DNA of 64,000 nt from Octopus vulgaris. Lineage: Eukaryota. This document shows positions 1-14,275 of the stretch, in pieces. Below the pieces are notes generated by a model. The model saw nothing but the letters and a program-made list of their open reading frames with translations, searched no databases and was not told the origin of the DNA. Positions within the stretch are counted from its first letter, which is position 1. Every line of letters starts with the position of its first letter. Made by a program: the position numbers and the translations under genes. The stretch lies in the NCBI GenBank assembly GCA_951406725.2, contig OX597818.1:93062001-93126000 (forward strand), in the 5' to 3' direction.

Positions 1-501
1 TGGTTGAACACAAGTATTTGGTATTCTAGACAGTTGGGTTTTCTCTCCAACGTTTAACCAGCCCCCTCAATATCCCATACACCTGCTGTAACAGAGCTGA
101 TAGGTGGGGTGGGTGGGGGGGGGGGGTCACTCAAGGAAAGCTGCAGATTTTCAAGTAAAGTAGACAGATATGACACCATGATGTGATAAATTTAAAATTA
201 CAACAGGATCTTAAGTCTGGAAAACTTCCAAAAATAGCAACACGCAAACACCAGGTGATATGTATTAAATACAGATCAGAAAAAGAGAGAGGAGAAAAAC
301 GGACAGATTTGCCATTTTTATTTTACTCCTCACAGAACTAACACCATGCTGGAGCACTCTCTTCGAAGGTTTTAGTCAATCATAGCAACCTTAGTTCTTA
401 TTTCAGGCGTTCATCACTATTTGCCAGTTATGGAAGATAAGAACATAAAGGAACAATAATACATACAGAAAAACATATATATGTCAAATTATTCAATATA
501 T

Positions 502-897
502 AGGCATAGGAGTGGCTGTGTGGTAAGTAGCTTGCTTGCAAACCACATGGTTCTGGGTTCAGTCCCACTGCGTGGCACCTTGGGCAAGTGTCTTCTGCTA
601 TAGCCTCGGGCTGACCAAAGCCTTGTGAGTGGATTTGGTAGACAGAAACTGAAAGAAGCCTATCGTATATATGTATATATACGTATATATGTGTGTGTGT
701 CTGTGTTTGTCCCCCCCAACATCGCTTGACAACCAATGCTGGTGTGTTTACGTCCCCATAACTTAGCAGTTCAGCAAAAGAGACTGATAGAATAAGCACT
801 AGGCTTGCAAAGAATAAGTCATGCAGTCAATTTGCTCGACTAAAGGCAGTGCTCCAGCATGGCCACAGTCAAATGACTGAAACAAGTAAAAGAGTAT
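502..897 (+). mobile_element. tRNA-derived SINE (family A, octopus-type) with internal (TA)/(TG) microsatellite
   Basis: tRNA-like head (GGAGTGGCTGTGTGGTAAG...GGGTTCAGTCCC, A/B boxes). Related copies at 17580-18067(-), 24080-24730(+) and 33380-34045(-). Confidence 0.85.
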
Positions 898-1080
898 AAG
901 CAAAACTTTTACCAATATAATATAAGTGTCATCAAAAAACCAGATGTTGCACTTTCTATCTAAGATGCACTGTGTTAAAAAACAATATATTTCAGAGCTA
1001 GGTGAAACGAAATCACCACCTAAGTCACTACAAGTGTGATTTAGAAAGTAATACAAATAAAAACTGCATTTCTGACTCAC

Positions 1081-1135
1081 CCTCGTATTTCACCATAGTG
1101 TACTCCTGACGCTTGTGAAACAAAATCAAATCAGC
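1081..1135 (-). CDS. possible internal exon (ADLILFHKRQEYTMVKYE-G) of the minus-strand gene
   Basis: Good donor G|GTGAGT at 1080, weak acceptor acag| at 1136, open in phase 0 and so compatible with the 12064-12111 exon. Only loosely PH-like. Confidence 0.25.
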
Positions 1136-1777
1136 CTGTCTGATATATACAGTGATAATGTATCAACTATACACTGATTTGCAAAGGCACAACATAAACA
1201 GAATAAAATTTCAATTTAGATGAAAACTGGACATGCGTTGTGTGTAAAGACAGGTTTCCACACAGTTTTTATCAGACAGTTCCCCACAAAAATACTATGT
1301 AGTGGAATTTAACTTGGTAGTGAAGCAAACTTCTTCATTACACACCTATGTTTGAATCTAGATTTGATTACATTTCTGTTCAATACAAATATCAAGTAAA
1401 TAAGAGAAAATGATCAATGGTTATGCAGTTGACTACAGTTAGCAAGATTTAATCTGGGAAACAAAAGGCATCTAGACTGCCTGGGAAAATTGAGCCAGAG
1501 AAAGTGAAGTAGTTCCAAGTGATATAGATGATATTATCTATGTGGTGTAATGGGGTATGTATAAAACATCATTTTAACATCTGCATTTCTATACCTGCAT
1601 GGATCAGATGGAAGTTATTGAAGCAGATTTCCTATGGCTGGACACACTTGCTTATTACCGACACTTGTTTCCAAACAAAGTAACATCTTCCTATGGCCAG
1701 ATATATTTTCATAATATTGAAAATGATCGGCACTATTTCTATCAGTGACACTTGTTAACAACTACTATATTTTCTTA

Positions 1778-2008
1778 TTTCTTTACTACCCACAAGGGGC
1801 TACACACAGAGGGGACAACCAAGGACAGACAAACGGATTAAGTCGATTACATCAACCCCAGTGTGTAACTGGTACTTATTTAATCAACCCCGAAAGGATG
1901 AAAGGCAAAGTCGACCTCAGAAGGATTTGAACTCAGAATGTAACAGCAGACAAAATATCGCTAAGCATTTCGCCCGGTGTGCTAACGATTCTGCCACCTC
2001 ACTGCCTT
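1778..2008 (-). mobile_element. tRNA-derived SINE (family B)
   Basis: Core GTCGACTTTGCCTTTCATCCTTTCGGGGT...AAGTACCAG on the minus strand, shared with 18291-18707, 30767-31130 and 33075-33292. Confidence 0.85.
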
Positions 2009-4524
2009 AACTACTATATTTTCTGGCATAAAAGTCCAAATTTTCAGACCAAAATAAGTCAATTTATACACAAATACAACTCTGGAGGACTAAAAATTCC
2101 ATGTGAAATGAAGCAAGATTTGGAAAGATAGCAACAATATTTAGATGTTTACACTATATATTAGCAACTTGTAAGCTGGAAAACCATGGATATGCACACA
2201 CACACACACTTGATGGATTTCTTTTAGTTTCCATCTACCAAATCCACTCACAAGGCTTTGAACAACCTTGGTCTATAATGGAGCACACTTGCTCAAAGTA
2301 CAACACAGTGGAGCTTAATCTGAAATTACCAGGCTAGGAAGTGAACTTCTCAACCACACAGCCTCGCCTGTACCTAAATATATGTTATCATCAGGTGAAA
2401 ATCAACTCCACTACAGGCTGATGGAAATGTGCAACTGACAGCTTACAGTCAAATAGTCAGAAAGATTTTAAAATGGCAACCGAGCTCTTTGAGTATCAAT
2501 GACATTCATTTCCTGAGGAGGAGATGAATGCCACCAGGGTAACCAAAGCCAATGAAACACTTAAAAAGTTATACAAATATTCAGTTCTGGAGGTTCTGTG
2601 GTATATAAAAAGTCAAAGATCACAAGGGGTAGAAAAGATTAGTAAAAAGAAGTTCAACAGTAAAAAAGCCATGGGAGCAACTTGATATAGTATTTGCCAC
2701 TTCTCATAGTGATTTTCAATTTTTTAGTCTGCAAAAGATTATAGACCAAACAGCCTGATATATACATTGTATATCAGTGAAGAAAGTTTACAATGTAAGA
2801 CAAAGTTCTAGCTGACTACTGATATCATGCACAAATACATAGTGTGCAAGTATGTGTGCGTGCATGCATGTGTACATATGTGTAAAATAGTGCTGATAGT
2901 GAGTGTAAAATAGTGCCTTACATAAATGAGTAAAGCTGATAGAGTTGAAAAGAAAACCATATTGTCAGTGCATCAATTAGGGGTCAAGTTCACACTGTAT
3001 AGAGGCTTGAACTTTGTACTGCCAGTTACAGAAATGATTTCACAATCAATCTCAGTATTGTCATTTCCTGAAGTACAGAACAAGTCCATTATGAACTTGT
3101 TTCCATCCATGGCCCACAGACACAACTGTAGACACTATGGCCCATGAGACCTAGAAACAGCAGCCTATTTTCTAAAATCATAGCTTCCTGTCTTAAAGAA
3201 AGGAAGGACACACTAGATAATGCTGCCTTAGATATAAAGAAAGGATGATCATGAATGAAATACCTTTGATTATAATTCAAATACTATTAACATGTGACCT
3301 CCAAAGTCTCAATGTTTATCTATGTCTACTACATGTAGAGTTATAAATCCATTTCACAAACACTAGGATATCACTAATACACTGCAATGTATTCTCAATC
3401 TAGCCTCTACTTCAGAAATACACCCCAGCTACCCTTTACGTTTGACCCCCATCGGTGACCTTTAAATAGAAAAGCTTTGATTTCTGTTTACAAAACAACT
3501 CATCTTTCTTCTTATGTCAACACTTTCAGTTCTTACTCCCAACCCGACCCACTGAGATGGAGAGGAGGGGAGTGCTTGCAAAACAAACAGCAAAACCACA
3601 GTCATGGAAGATGCAGAAACAGTAAACAATAGCAATTACACACCAGATATACACCGTTACAGACAATAGAAAGAGAGAATACACATACAGAGCCGAAAAG
3701 CTTTGAATTCATATACACATACAGATAAACACAGCTGACTCACAAAACGTGCATAGATTTTAAAACATGAAACAACCTAAAAGAAATTTAGTAGAGATGA
3801 AAATAGATAAATGGAAAAACAAAAAGTACCATGTATATACAATCTATGTTATGTGTAAATATACAATCTATGTTATGTGTAAATGTGTATATAAGGCCCA
3901 AAGAGCCAGCTCAGAAGTGGGGATGTGGTCAGAGCAGATTCACAATAACACCTTTTACAAAGCTGTCATACACACCTCAAAAGAGGTTAGTCTCATATTA
4001 AAGAATATCATCACCATAGGCAAGCTGTTAAAGACCAGATCTTTAGTAGGTTTATACATCTCCCATCGCGGGACAAACATCCAGTTTCCAGGCTAACTTA
4101 GAACCTTCCCATCACACTACATTTTACATGGACCTTAGCCATCACACACAAGCTAGTATGATCTGATAGCTTGAACTATGTTTTCACAAATTGCTTTAGC
4201 TTTCTATGTAGTCACAAGCAGTCAGACATCCTCTCAATTCTCCCACCAACAACTCAGTAGATCACCAAGGGTGACAGTTGGGGTGGAGACAGACAGAGAA
4301 AGAAAGAGAGGGGGTGCTGCACCAGCTATGAGCTAATACTTATTTTCAACCTAGTAGACTGGAGCAACATGAAATGATGTGCCTTGCTCAAGGATACAAT
4401 GTACTAACTTGTCTAAGAATCAAAATCATAAATTTATAAGCTTGCCTAACAGGCAGGACACAACTCTCAGTCTGTCTTTAACAAACCTTTATCTATCCAA
4501 GCACCATCCAAATTGTGGCCGAAG

Positions 4525-4798
4525 CCAGTGCCGCCTCGACTGGCTTCCGTGCAGGTGGCACGTAAAATGCACCACTCCGACCGTGGCCGATGCCAGCCTC
4601 GCCTGGCACCAGTGCAGGTGGCACGTAAAAAGCACCCACTACACTCTCGGAGTGGTTGGCATTATGAAGGGCATCCAGCTGTAGAAACTTTGCCGGATAA
4701 GACCGAAGCCTGGTGCAGCCTTCTGGCTTCCCAGATCCCCGGTCGAACCGTCCAACCCATGCTAGCATGGAGAACGGACATTAAACGATGATGATGAT
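4525..4798 (+). mobile_element. 3' part of a SINE/LINE-tail element ending in (GAT)n
   Basis: Internal duplication of GTGCAGGTGGCACGTAAAA. Ends GGACATTAAACGATGATGATGA. CpG-rich relative to its flanks. Confidence 0.6.
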
Positions 4799-5649
4799 TC
4801 AGAAATATGTATCTATACACATGCAGAATTTATTCTTCTCTTTCAACTTGATGTCAGTAACAAAGAGCAATCAACTACTCTGACTAAAATTATCCATTGT
4901 TCTAAATTCATCTTCTGCCTCTACCATCCCTGAACTCCTTAAGGTCATCTTTCTCAGCTCACTTTCTTCTGGATTACTACACACAACAATGCACAACTTA
5001 TTTTGGCTATTGCACAAACTCTGCACTCAAACACCTCATACCAGATTTGTACCACTGCCATAAATAGAGACTACAAAACCATTCTCCAATGGGAAATGTA
5101 ACACAATTCTCTTCCATCCTCACCAACAAACAATAGCAACACTTACCAAGGAAAACAGTATTGTACCCATCTAGTCATGAACAGACAACCAAACAAAATC
5201 ATTATAAATGCAAGTCTCCACAAACAATATCTCAGTAATTTTATCTATTTGAATGGCATCACAAAGTCTAAACATTTTACATTCATTTTTACAATCTTGC
5301 TTGAATCAGATGGAATTTCCTGAGGCAGCTGGACACCATTCCAATCATCAAATCCTACCTATTTTCAGATAATGATTTTTTTACAGAAGACCCAAAATAA
5401 ATAGCATCACATGACAGTGATGCTTGTTTACAACTATTACATGACATCAAAGCAAGGGTACACACATACACACACACACGTATGCAACAGGCTTCTTCAA
5501 ACCTCTGTCTACCAAATCCACTTACAGGGCTTTGGTTGACAGAGGGTTATAGTAGAAGATGTTAGCCTAAGGTGCCACATTATGAGATAATATTTATATT
5601 TTTTTTATATCAGAATCAGGAAATACTTCAAATTTGATTAGTTGCTGAC

Positions 5650-6107
5650 TGTATACAAAGCTTCCAACCCATGGTAGAGTACTGTTCTTGGTCTCAAGAA
5701 TTTGTCTTATGAAGAAAGGCTGAAGACGCTCGACCTTTATTCTCTAGAAAAACAACGACGCCATGGTGATCTCATTCTTGCTCACAACATCATAAGCGGA
5801 AAGTGTAACCTCTCGAAAGAGCTGGTCTTCACTCCTGCTCCAGAGCGTCGGCTGGGGGTCATTCCGAAAAGCTCTATCTGCGACGATTTCATCTCAATCG
5901 AAGGAGAGGGGGCTTTCTCCGTCCGGGTTGCGGATCCGTGGAATAAGCTGCCAGACGAGATGGTGAAGATGCCGACGACCGCTCGGTTCAAAGTCTCCCT
6001 TGACAACAAGTGGCCTGAACTCTTTACCTGAACACCATCCTGTACATAACTCCATGTCCCCTACATGGCCTTGCTTTTTGAGCCAAAGAATTAACTAACT
6101 AACTAAC
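5650..6107 (+). mobile_element. CR1/L2-clade LINE 3' end (C-terminal RT-associated region plus tail)
   Basis: ORF 5702-6031 contains SYEERLKTLDLYSLEKQRRHGDLI...FSVRVADPWNKLP, the typical CR1-group C-terminus. (TAAC)n tail at about 6092-6107. Confidence 0.85.
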
Positions 6108-8798
6108 ATATATCTGGGGAAATACTGCTGCTGCACAAACATCCTTGACCACATCAAAAGGATCAGCAGACTGATTGACAAGGATTTCCTCACCATTACT
6201 TTGCAACCAGTAGCTGTTCATACATGCTGTTTCTTCTCTCTGCTCTTCCATTGATATTAAAATGACACCTGGACAAGCTATAAGAACATTCACAACTCAC
6301 AGTAAACAATGTGCTCCAACACCACCATCATCAACAACAACCAGGCATCCCTTGAATTCTGAATCTCTATAATTCATTTGCCTATCCACCATTCCCAACA
6401 GGCATCAGAGCTACATATGTTCAAACTCAGCATCAACTACATCTGTCTCAGTCACGGGAACTACCCATCATCCACATCATTTTTAACACACACTTTTCCA
6501 TGCTTGCGCAACCGGATGTTCTTCCGGTCAGCAACCATTACCTGTTTTCATGCAAGACAATACTTTTCCATAGTAATACAGGTTTATATAGAATAACAGG
6601 AAATGAAGGACCTTGCTTGTATGATGGTGATGTTCAACATAAAGACAAGGAAACACTCACACGCAATATACACATAGATTTATGCACTTTCAGTTTCCAA
6701 CTATCAAGTCTACTGACAAAGATTTGGTCAACATCAAAACCACACAAAAAGACACTTGCCCAGGCTTCCACACAGTAGGACTGAACCCAAAAACCACATA
6801 GTTAGGAAAGTGAACTGCTTAACATCACAACCATATCTGACTAATTAATAGAATGAAAACTTAATTACCAAAGGGATTTCTTTCAGTTGCCAATTTCATT
6901 TCTTATTAATACTCATATTCCAATTTATGAAATTTTTATGATTTCAAAGAAAAAAAACTATCTCAGATATTATTCTTGCCATATGTAAAATATTGTTTAA
7001 TAGGTTACACAGTAGATCTTTACATAGAGAGCTACTGGGACTATTCACCAACATAGTATATGTGTCTATGTATATAAGTGTGTGTTGTGAGCAAGTGTTT
7101 CAACAATTTTTTAATAAACTTACTAAATCAGGTTGGATTAGGTTTCTACTAAACTGTAAAATGAATCGTCTGGTAAGAGCTAGAGAAAGAGAGAGAGAGA
7201 ACAGAGGTAGAATTGTGTGGGGGGAGAGGTGGAGAAAGTTGTTGCTTGGCTATGACTATCTTGACTTTTTCTTAGGCACAGTGCCCCCACAACCACATTA
7301 TCCAAAGTGACCTTTTCTATGAAAATAAGATGGGCTTTGGAGATTTGGCTTCTGTTCTATTGGCTAGTTAGAAAAAAATTTTGAAATGAAGGACAGTAAA
7401 GGAAGATAAAACAGGGGGAAAAGATGGACAGGGCTTCGTTAAAAATTTTGGACTATCAGCCAGTAATAGTGCTTCTTACAAAAACAAAAAAAGGCAAAAA
7501 TTAGTGTCAGATCTAAAGTTTGACCTGGTTTTTAAGGTCAAGTTTTTCGACAGAGTTTGTGACATCATTTGAAAGATAAAGCCAGAAGAAAAACATTGTC
7601 TTTTTCAAGGAAGATTTGTCAAATAGGATGCTTCATCATAATTGTAACAAAAACATACTACTACTCGAGATGGCAGGATCTTAGGACGTACTTGACTCAC
7701 ATATATCTAGTACATCTTTGCAAGCTATCCAAGCTATCAAAAGGATCCCCTATATCAGTGGCTTTCAACTGTTCCTTGATCTCAACACCCTATCTTCTTC
7801 GTATGATAAAGTGTAACATCCCTGTTTTAGTCCAACCAACCAAGAAAAATATAAGCGCCAGAGGGAACTTCACGATGCTATTAACTACTGTTTAGGACAG
7901 TCAAGAGTGTCTCAAACACCTTAGTGAGAAACTACTTGGGCTTTGCAGTCGGATCTCCCAGATATACTGGATAGCATAATCCAAAATACAAGGCTGATCT
8001 GGGGCCCTTTGTGAGTGGATGTCGGAATATCAATTTCAGTTTCCGAAAGTTCTTGTATATCTAGCCAGGACAAAAAAAAAAGTCTATATATAAGTTGTAA
8101 GGCTGAAGTATTTCACCGCTGACCGCTTACAAAAAAAAAAAAGTCACACATCCACTTCGATAGATGAGAACTTAAAAGACAACCGTGTAGTTAAGGTAAT
8201 TTATATTTATCGCATGACCTCTGGAGCAGGTTAGCATCAACAATAGCGAGTCTTTGAGCCCTTGAAGACAAAACAGAAAATTGCGTGTGGTAGTTATGTA
8301 ACAGTTAAATACTAAATACTTATTAAATTGTACAGAACGCCAGACTAAGGAAAAAGAGTATATCTGAAGAAGCGGAGAAAAAAAGAGGAAAGAATGTTTC
8401 TATGTATGATCTCTCAAATACACACGGCAATTTGTAAATATAAGCTTGTCTACATGTGTACACAGAAAGACGTGTGTGTTTGTGTGAAAAGACATCATAT
8501 ATTTGTTTCAACGTGTGATCTAAGATATAAACACAGCAACATGTATGTGAATATAAGTTCGCACACATGTATACCACAGACGTGAGTACGTGCATGATAG
8601 AAAGTGTGTGAATGTGTGCGTGTGGGGGAGCCCACACGCACACACATAGCATGTGTTTCTAAGTGCGATCTGAGACACAACAGATTTGCGAATACAGGTT
8701 TGTCTACGTACCTGAGTAACGTCTCACATATACACACAGCAACATGTATGTATGTATGTACGTTTCTCAGCGTGGGTACAGTAAAATAAATGCGAACA

Positions 8799-8910
8799 TA
8801 GATTTGCTTACATGTGTAGACAAACATACACGAAGACTTCCATACACAACAGCAAGATTTGCTTACATGTGTAGACATACATACACGAAGACCTCCATAC
8901 ACAACAGCAA
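8799..8910. repeat. ~55-bp tandem duplication within a degenerate CA-rich minisatellite region (8390-8960)
   Basis: AGATTTGCTTACATGTGTAGAC(A/T)ACATACACGAAGAC(T/C)TCCATACACAACAGCA occurs twice in tandem. Confidence 0.8.
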
Positions 8911-9033
8911 TACAGGTTTGTCAACATGTATACGCCTGACATAAGAGATATCTTTGACATACTCTCAAACACCTAGCAATCTATGTTAATATTGGTTTGT
9001 CTATAGGTGCACACATACAGTAGAATATAAATG

Positions 9034-9121
<88 letters not shown>

Positions 9122-9261
9122 GAAAGATTGCCTATATATATATATATATATATATAAAGTTTTAACTCCCGGTAATAGGTATAAAACAATGTGTAAAAAA
9201 CGAATATGAAAACTAAATTTGCAAAAACCAACGCAGTAGAGAGGACCGGGAGTTAAACTGA

Positions 9262-9296
<35 letters not shown>

Positions 9297-10785
9297 CACG
9301 CGCATACCGACACATTTGTGTGCCTATAAACATACATACAACGCTGATAAGTTTTAACTTTGGCACAAAGCCACACAAATTACATCAACAACAAACGAGG
9401 CAAAAGCCAACAGTAAAACTAACCATATGCGTGGCTACGTGATATCTTAAATTTATAACCCAAGATAAATGTCAGTTCGACTGGCTAAAATTGTTAAGAA
9501 TTTCACTGTATTAATATATTTTCGAAAACAAAAATACAAAGTGACGGTCACTGTATGTGGGTGATGAAACATTGTGTATATTTATTTAAAAAGTGAAGAT
9601 CTATGTTAATTGTATATTTTAGCTAGTAACACTAGTTTCTTTCTACATGTTTTATTAAATAACCGGTATGTCAAGGAGGTATAATGATTATCAGCGAGAA
9701 AACATGTAGTGTTTAAAATACACGTTACCTGTTACATCTATACACACATATATTACAAATACACACATGTATACAGGTAGATAGATAGATGGTGGAAAGT
9801 GAAGGAAGAATAATTAGTGTAGTGCCCCCGCCTACCCGACTTTGTTTACACGTTACTTTATGAAAAATAAAATGTTTTTCTTTAAACGAAATTTTGCAAT
9901 GATTCGTCTTGGAGGGTGTAGATTACAATTACATTGATAGAATTTAGAGAAAAAGTAATTTTATTAGTTTTTTTTTTAATGAATTTCGGATCATTTGTTC
10001 CACACGACCTGACTGCGCATTTTTCAGGAAGATATGAGGAAACAAAATCGAAACTGTAGTTAGCCCCATTATATATATTTATATATATTCTCTCACTCAC
10101 ACACACAAACACTGAGGGGTTTCTGCGTTATTGAGAACCGTATACCATCGTGAATTATTTATCTTGAATCCAACTTTGATTCTGGTGATGACAGTATATG
10201 CATGTTGTAGGTATTTTATTCATTGTTAATCGATGCTTTTCTCTGTTTTCTCTCACGAAAACAATGACGAAGAAGAGTGAGGAGAAATAAACAAAAATAA
10301 TAAAATGACACATACACACACAAACCCATGTCAGCATGGAAAATGGACGTTAAATGATGATGACACACATAGGTAGTGTGTGTGTGGTTTTTTTCTGTTT
10401 TTTGCTTTTATACACACAGGTAAAATTGTTGATACTGTACATGTACAATAACCCCGGAACAAAACACCTCATAGGAACGGTATTCTGAACAACTGAATTT
10501 ACAAATAAATTACCTATATAAGTGTGCACACCACCACTGACTTTGTTCCATAACTTTTCAAAATAAAAAATTTCATTAAAATGCATCCATTTTCCCAAAA
10601 GTTATGAGGAAACAAACTGTGGAAGGAAGACGGTACACTCACTGGAGTAGCTATGCACACACACATACATACATACATATATATATATATAGATATATAT
10701 ATATATATACAATTTTTAATCTTCGGATTTTTTAAATATGTTAAGCAACTGGTTTTAATTGATTAACATCAATTTCTACCCTTAT

Positions 10786-10833
<48 letters not shown>

Positions 10834-12063
10834 ATACATACGTGTGTATATATGTGTGCGTGTGTATAGACTGTGTGTGTATATATATATATATATATAT
10901 AGACATGTGTGTATGTGTATATAGACATATGTGTGCGTATATATACATACATACATATATACACACACAAAATACATTTAAGAATGTATAGGAGCGTGTG
11001 AATGTGTACATACACAGTCTCCGACCAATGTCAATATATTTCAAAATACGACGCTAACCAAAACAAAAAAAAAAAAACAGAAATCCAGCGTATATATAAT
11101 AAGTGATTCAAATAAGATGCACAAAGGTCTGGAATTTTGAGTGGGGAATCTAGTTACAACTATCAATTCTAGAAGTTTGTCTGGTACTTAATGTTGTAGA
11201 CCCCCGAAAGAATCTAGAACAAAACTGGCCACGGCGAGATTTGAAACTAGAAAGTAAACAGCTTACAGTTTATTTTGCATTTATTTCCGACTTTAACGAC
11301 TTTGTCAACCCACATCCTTTTGGATATAATTATTCTTAATATCATCACTATAAAATAAAGTACCAAGCAAATACTGGGGTCAATGGTATCAACTAATTGC
11401 AGGCATTGTACCTCTATTAAAAACCATTAACATTATTATATCACTACGATCAGGATCGCTGGCTTTGTGTATATCACATCAGTAACAATGTATTTTATAT
11501 CCCTTATGTCACAGACTATTATATATTCAGTAAGAATATGAAGATAAACTAAGATGCCAGCGGTGTCTTCTAATATAATCCCATTCAAATTTTGGATGCC
11601 GTCTGGGAATGTTAGACTTTCGTGTGCGCTTTCTTACCACTACCCAGTTCAACTTTCTATTATATACAACTGTATAAATTAATGAGAAATATAACCAGAA
11701 ACCGCGGTACGCATATATATATATATACATATATATATATAAACACCAATAAAAGAGATAAGAATGCGTTTATAATTAATTGGGCGGGCGAAGTAAAATG
11801 CTTATGTAACGAAATTACCAATTGTTGAATACTAAAATTATTCTATTATTTATCAGACATCAATTACTATCATAATTACACTTTGAACAATTTTTTGTAT
11901 TTTAGCCATGAGCTGGCAAGCAATGTTTATATATTGTTTTTTTATGGGCTAAAGAGAATATACATACGCATATATATCACATATATTAATACATGTATAT
12001 AAATGATGGTGAATGTACTTATCTGTGCGTAAAATGAAAGAAAAAAAAAAAGACAAGGCTTAC

Positions 12064-12111
12064 CTGCTTCAAGAGATAGCCAGTCTTGAGACAATGGTTT
12101 TCCGTGTCCAT
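12064..12111 (-). CDS. first coding exon of a probable PH-domain (pleckstrin-like) protein: MDTENHCLKTGYLLKQ
   Basis: ATG at 12111-12109, 16 codons, then a strong phase-0 donor CAG|GTAAGC at 12063. LKTGYLLKQ matches the PH-domain beta-1 pattern (lKeGyLxKqG). Unique, non-repetitive context. Confidence 0.65.
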
Positions 12112-12969
12112 AGCACTTTGCTTATGGAACTAGAATAGTATGGATTGTTTACTGGGGTCTTGCCAAAAGTCTACAAGCTTCACTAGTAACTCTACTTGTC
12201 TGTTAGTCATTTCCTGCACCAAAAAGCAGGCAAAAGCAGTAAGTAAACCTGGTGAGAGCTGAACGTTTCTGTGTACAGGTTTAGAGGACAGGCAGGCAGG
12301 CAGCCAGCCAGCCAAGCAATTAGTTAACGCTATCTCCTAGATTCGCTTTAAACTATGGACTAGTAATAATAACGTGTTGTGTACTGCGATTAAGTATAGT
12401 CTTTGTTGAAAGTTATAATATATGAGTATGTGTATGTTACTGGTGTATATATGAGCGGCTTTCTGTTTCACGTGAATGCTTGTTCATATATATATGTGTG
12501 TGCGCGCGCGCTTTTCTATGTTTTACGTAAATGTCTATCTTCGTGTGTGTGTGTGTGTACTATGTATGTATGTATGTATGTATGGGAACCTTTCTACGTG
12601 TATGACACGCGCGTGTCTATGACTATTGTTTTTATGCGTGTCTTTCTATAACAGCTGTAATTTTTTTGTTGGTATTTGTTTGCTTCTATCTGTAATACTG
12701 GTGTACGCTATTTACGCTGGTCTCCGTGTATCTTTATACGTGCTTCGTTAGTATTATTTACAGTACGTTTGTGTGCTTCTACCTATATATATATATAGAT
12801 ATTATATATACGGTATGAGTGCATGTATCTGCACGTTAATATTATGCATCAACATATTGAGTTGTTTATATGTATGAGTGAGTGTGTATACCTCATGGCG
12901 TGCTTATGCGTATGAGTGTTAGTATATGGGTAACTACCTATGTGTCAGTTATTTCGTACTACTGACACC

Positions 12970-14222
12970 GCTACCAACTTTATCACTCTCATACCTTCTC
13001 TTTCCTGAACGCTTCTTAAACTCTATCTCTCTCTCTCTCTGTTTGTTTTCCCTTTTCTTCTGTTGCCACTCTCATACTTTCTCCTACAACACGGTCCCCT
13101 CTTTCTCTCTCTATCTATGTTTTCTTGCGCATCTTTGCTTTTACTCCCACTGCGTCTCTTTCTCTCATACTGTGTCTCTCAGCGCGCGCTCTCTATCTCT
13201 TCTCTCTGTTTTTCTTATCCTATCACAGTTCTCTCTTACTCCCAAACGTCTCTTTCTCATATCCTCTTCGTCGCGCGCTCCTCTCGCTCCCTCTCTCTCT
13301 CTCTCTTCCTCTCTCTCTCTCGCAGTTTTTCGTATTCTATCGCTATTTTCACCTTTCATCCACTCTTTCTGTTTCACTGTTTTTCTTTCTCACTCTCTCT
13401 GTCTTACCTATTCTTTCTCATCCCCTCCCACCGATACAATCTCTACTAATTTACTTTTACTCCTATTGCTACTATTCTCTCTCTCTCTCTCTCTTTTCTT
13501 TTCTCTATATTACACTTTTTCTCACTCACACCACTACCAAATCCACTCTATCTTACTTGTTCTCGCTCTGTTTCCTCCCACCTCTTCTCATACTATTACC
13601 CTGCCTCCCACTATGACTCTTTCTCTCTTTCCTTATATCTCCCTTGAAACTTCTTTTTTCTCTGTGAACTTTTTTACCCGACTGTTTTTCTTCTTTTCTC
13701 ATTCTCTTTCGTTTTATCAACCATTTACTCACTTGCTACCTTTTACTTTTTCATCTTGACTCCTCCTCCTTGTTTTTCAGTCTACACAAAGAAACTTCTT
13801 GACACTTACGCATAACTTCCCAGATAATCTCAATTCATTCATCCATTCTGTTTTCTCTCTTTTTCTTATTATATCGATTCACTTTCTCATCCATTTTTCT
13901 TTCTCGCGAATCAAAATTCACGCTCTCTTGCCTTTTTCTCCCTGTCTTTCGCTCTCATCATTTATCCTTCTTCAAGTACTATGTATCCCTCTTTCTCACT
14001 TTATCTTTCTTACCTTCTCAGTCTATTCCTTACTTTTTTATTCTATTTACCTCGTTCTTCTTCATCTTCTTTTCTCATTACTATTCTTTGTCTAAGTTAT
14101 TCCCTTTCTCTACCCGTATCTTTCTTTTCCTTTCCTCCTCTCACTATTTTACCCTTTCTCTATTTTGCTCTTCGTTTCTCTCTTTTACACTCTCTCATCG
14201 CCATTCCTTCTTCGTTTACCTC

Positions 14223-14259
<37 letters not shown>

Positions 14260-14275
14260 TTACATCGTCTTGTTT
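12970..14275. repeat. ~1.3-kb low-complexity polypyrimidine (CT-rich) tract ending in (TCTA)n
   Basis: Strong C/T strand bias throughout. The L/S/F-rich ORFs here are compositional artefacts. Confidence 0.9.

Noticed and set aside
7701-8050. Exon-like block with acceptor and GTGAGT donor on the minus strand
   Set aside because: The reading frame I followed stops early and no recognisable protein is seen. It could only be untranslated.
8200-8280. Acceptor UUUUGUCUUCAAG|GGC as PH exon 2
   Set aside because: It reads GSKTRYC then stop, with no WK.RWF-type continuation.
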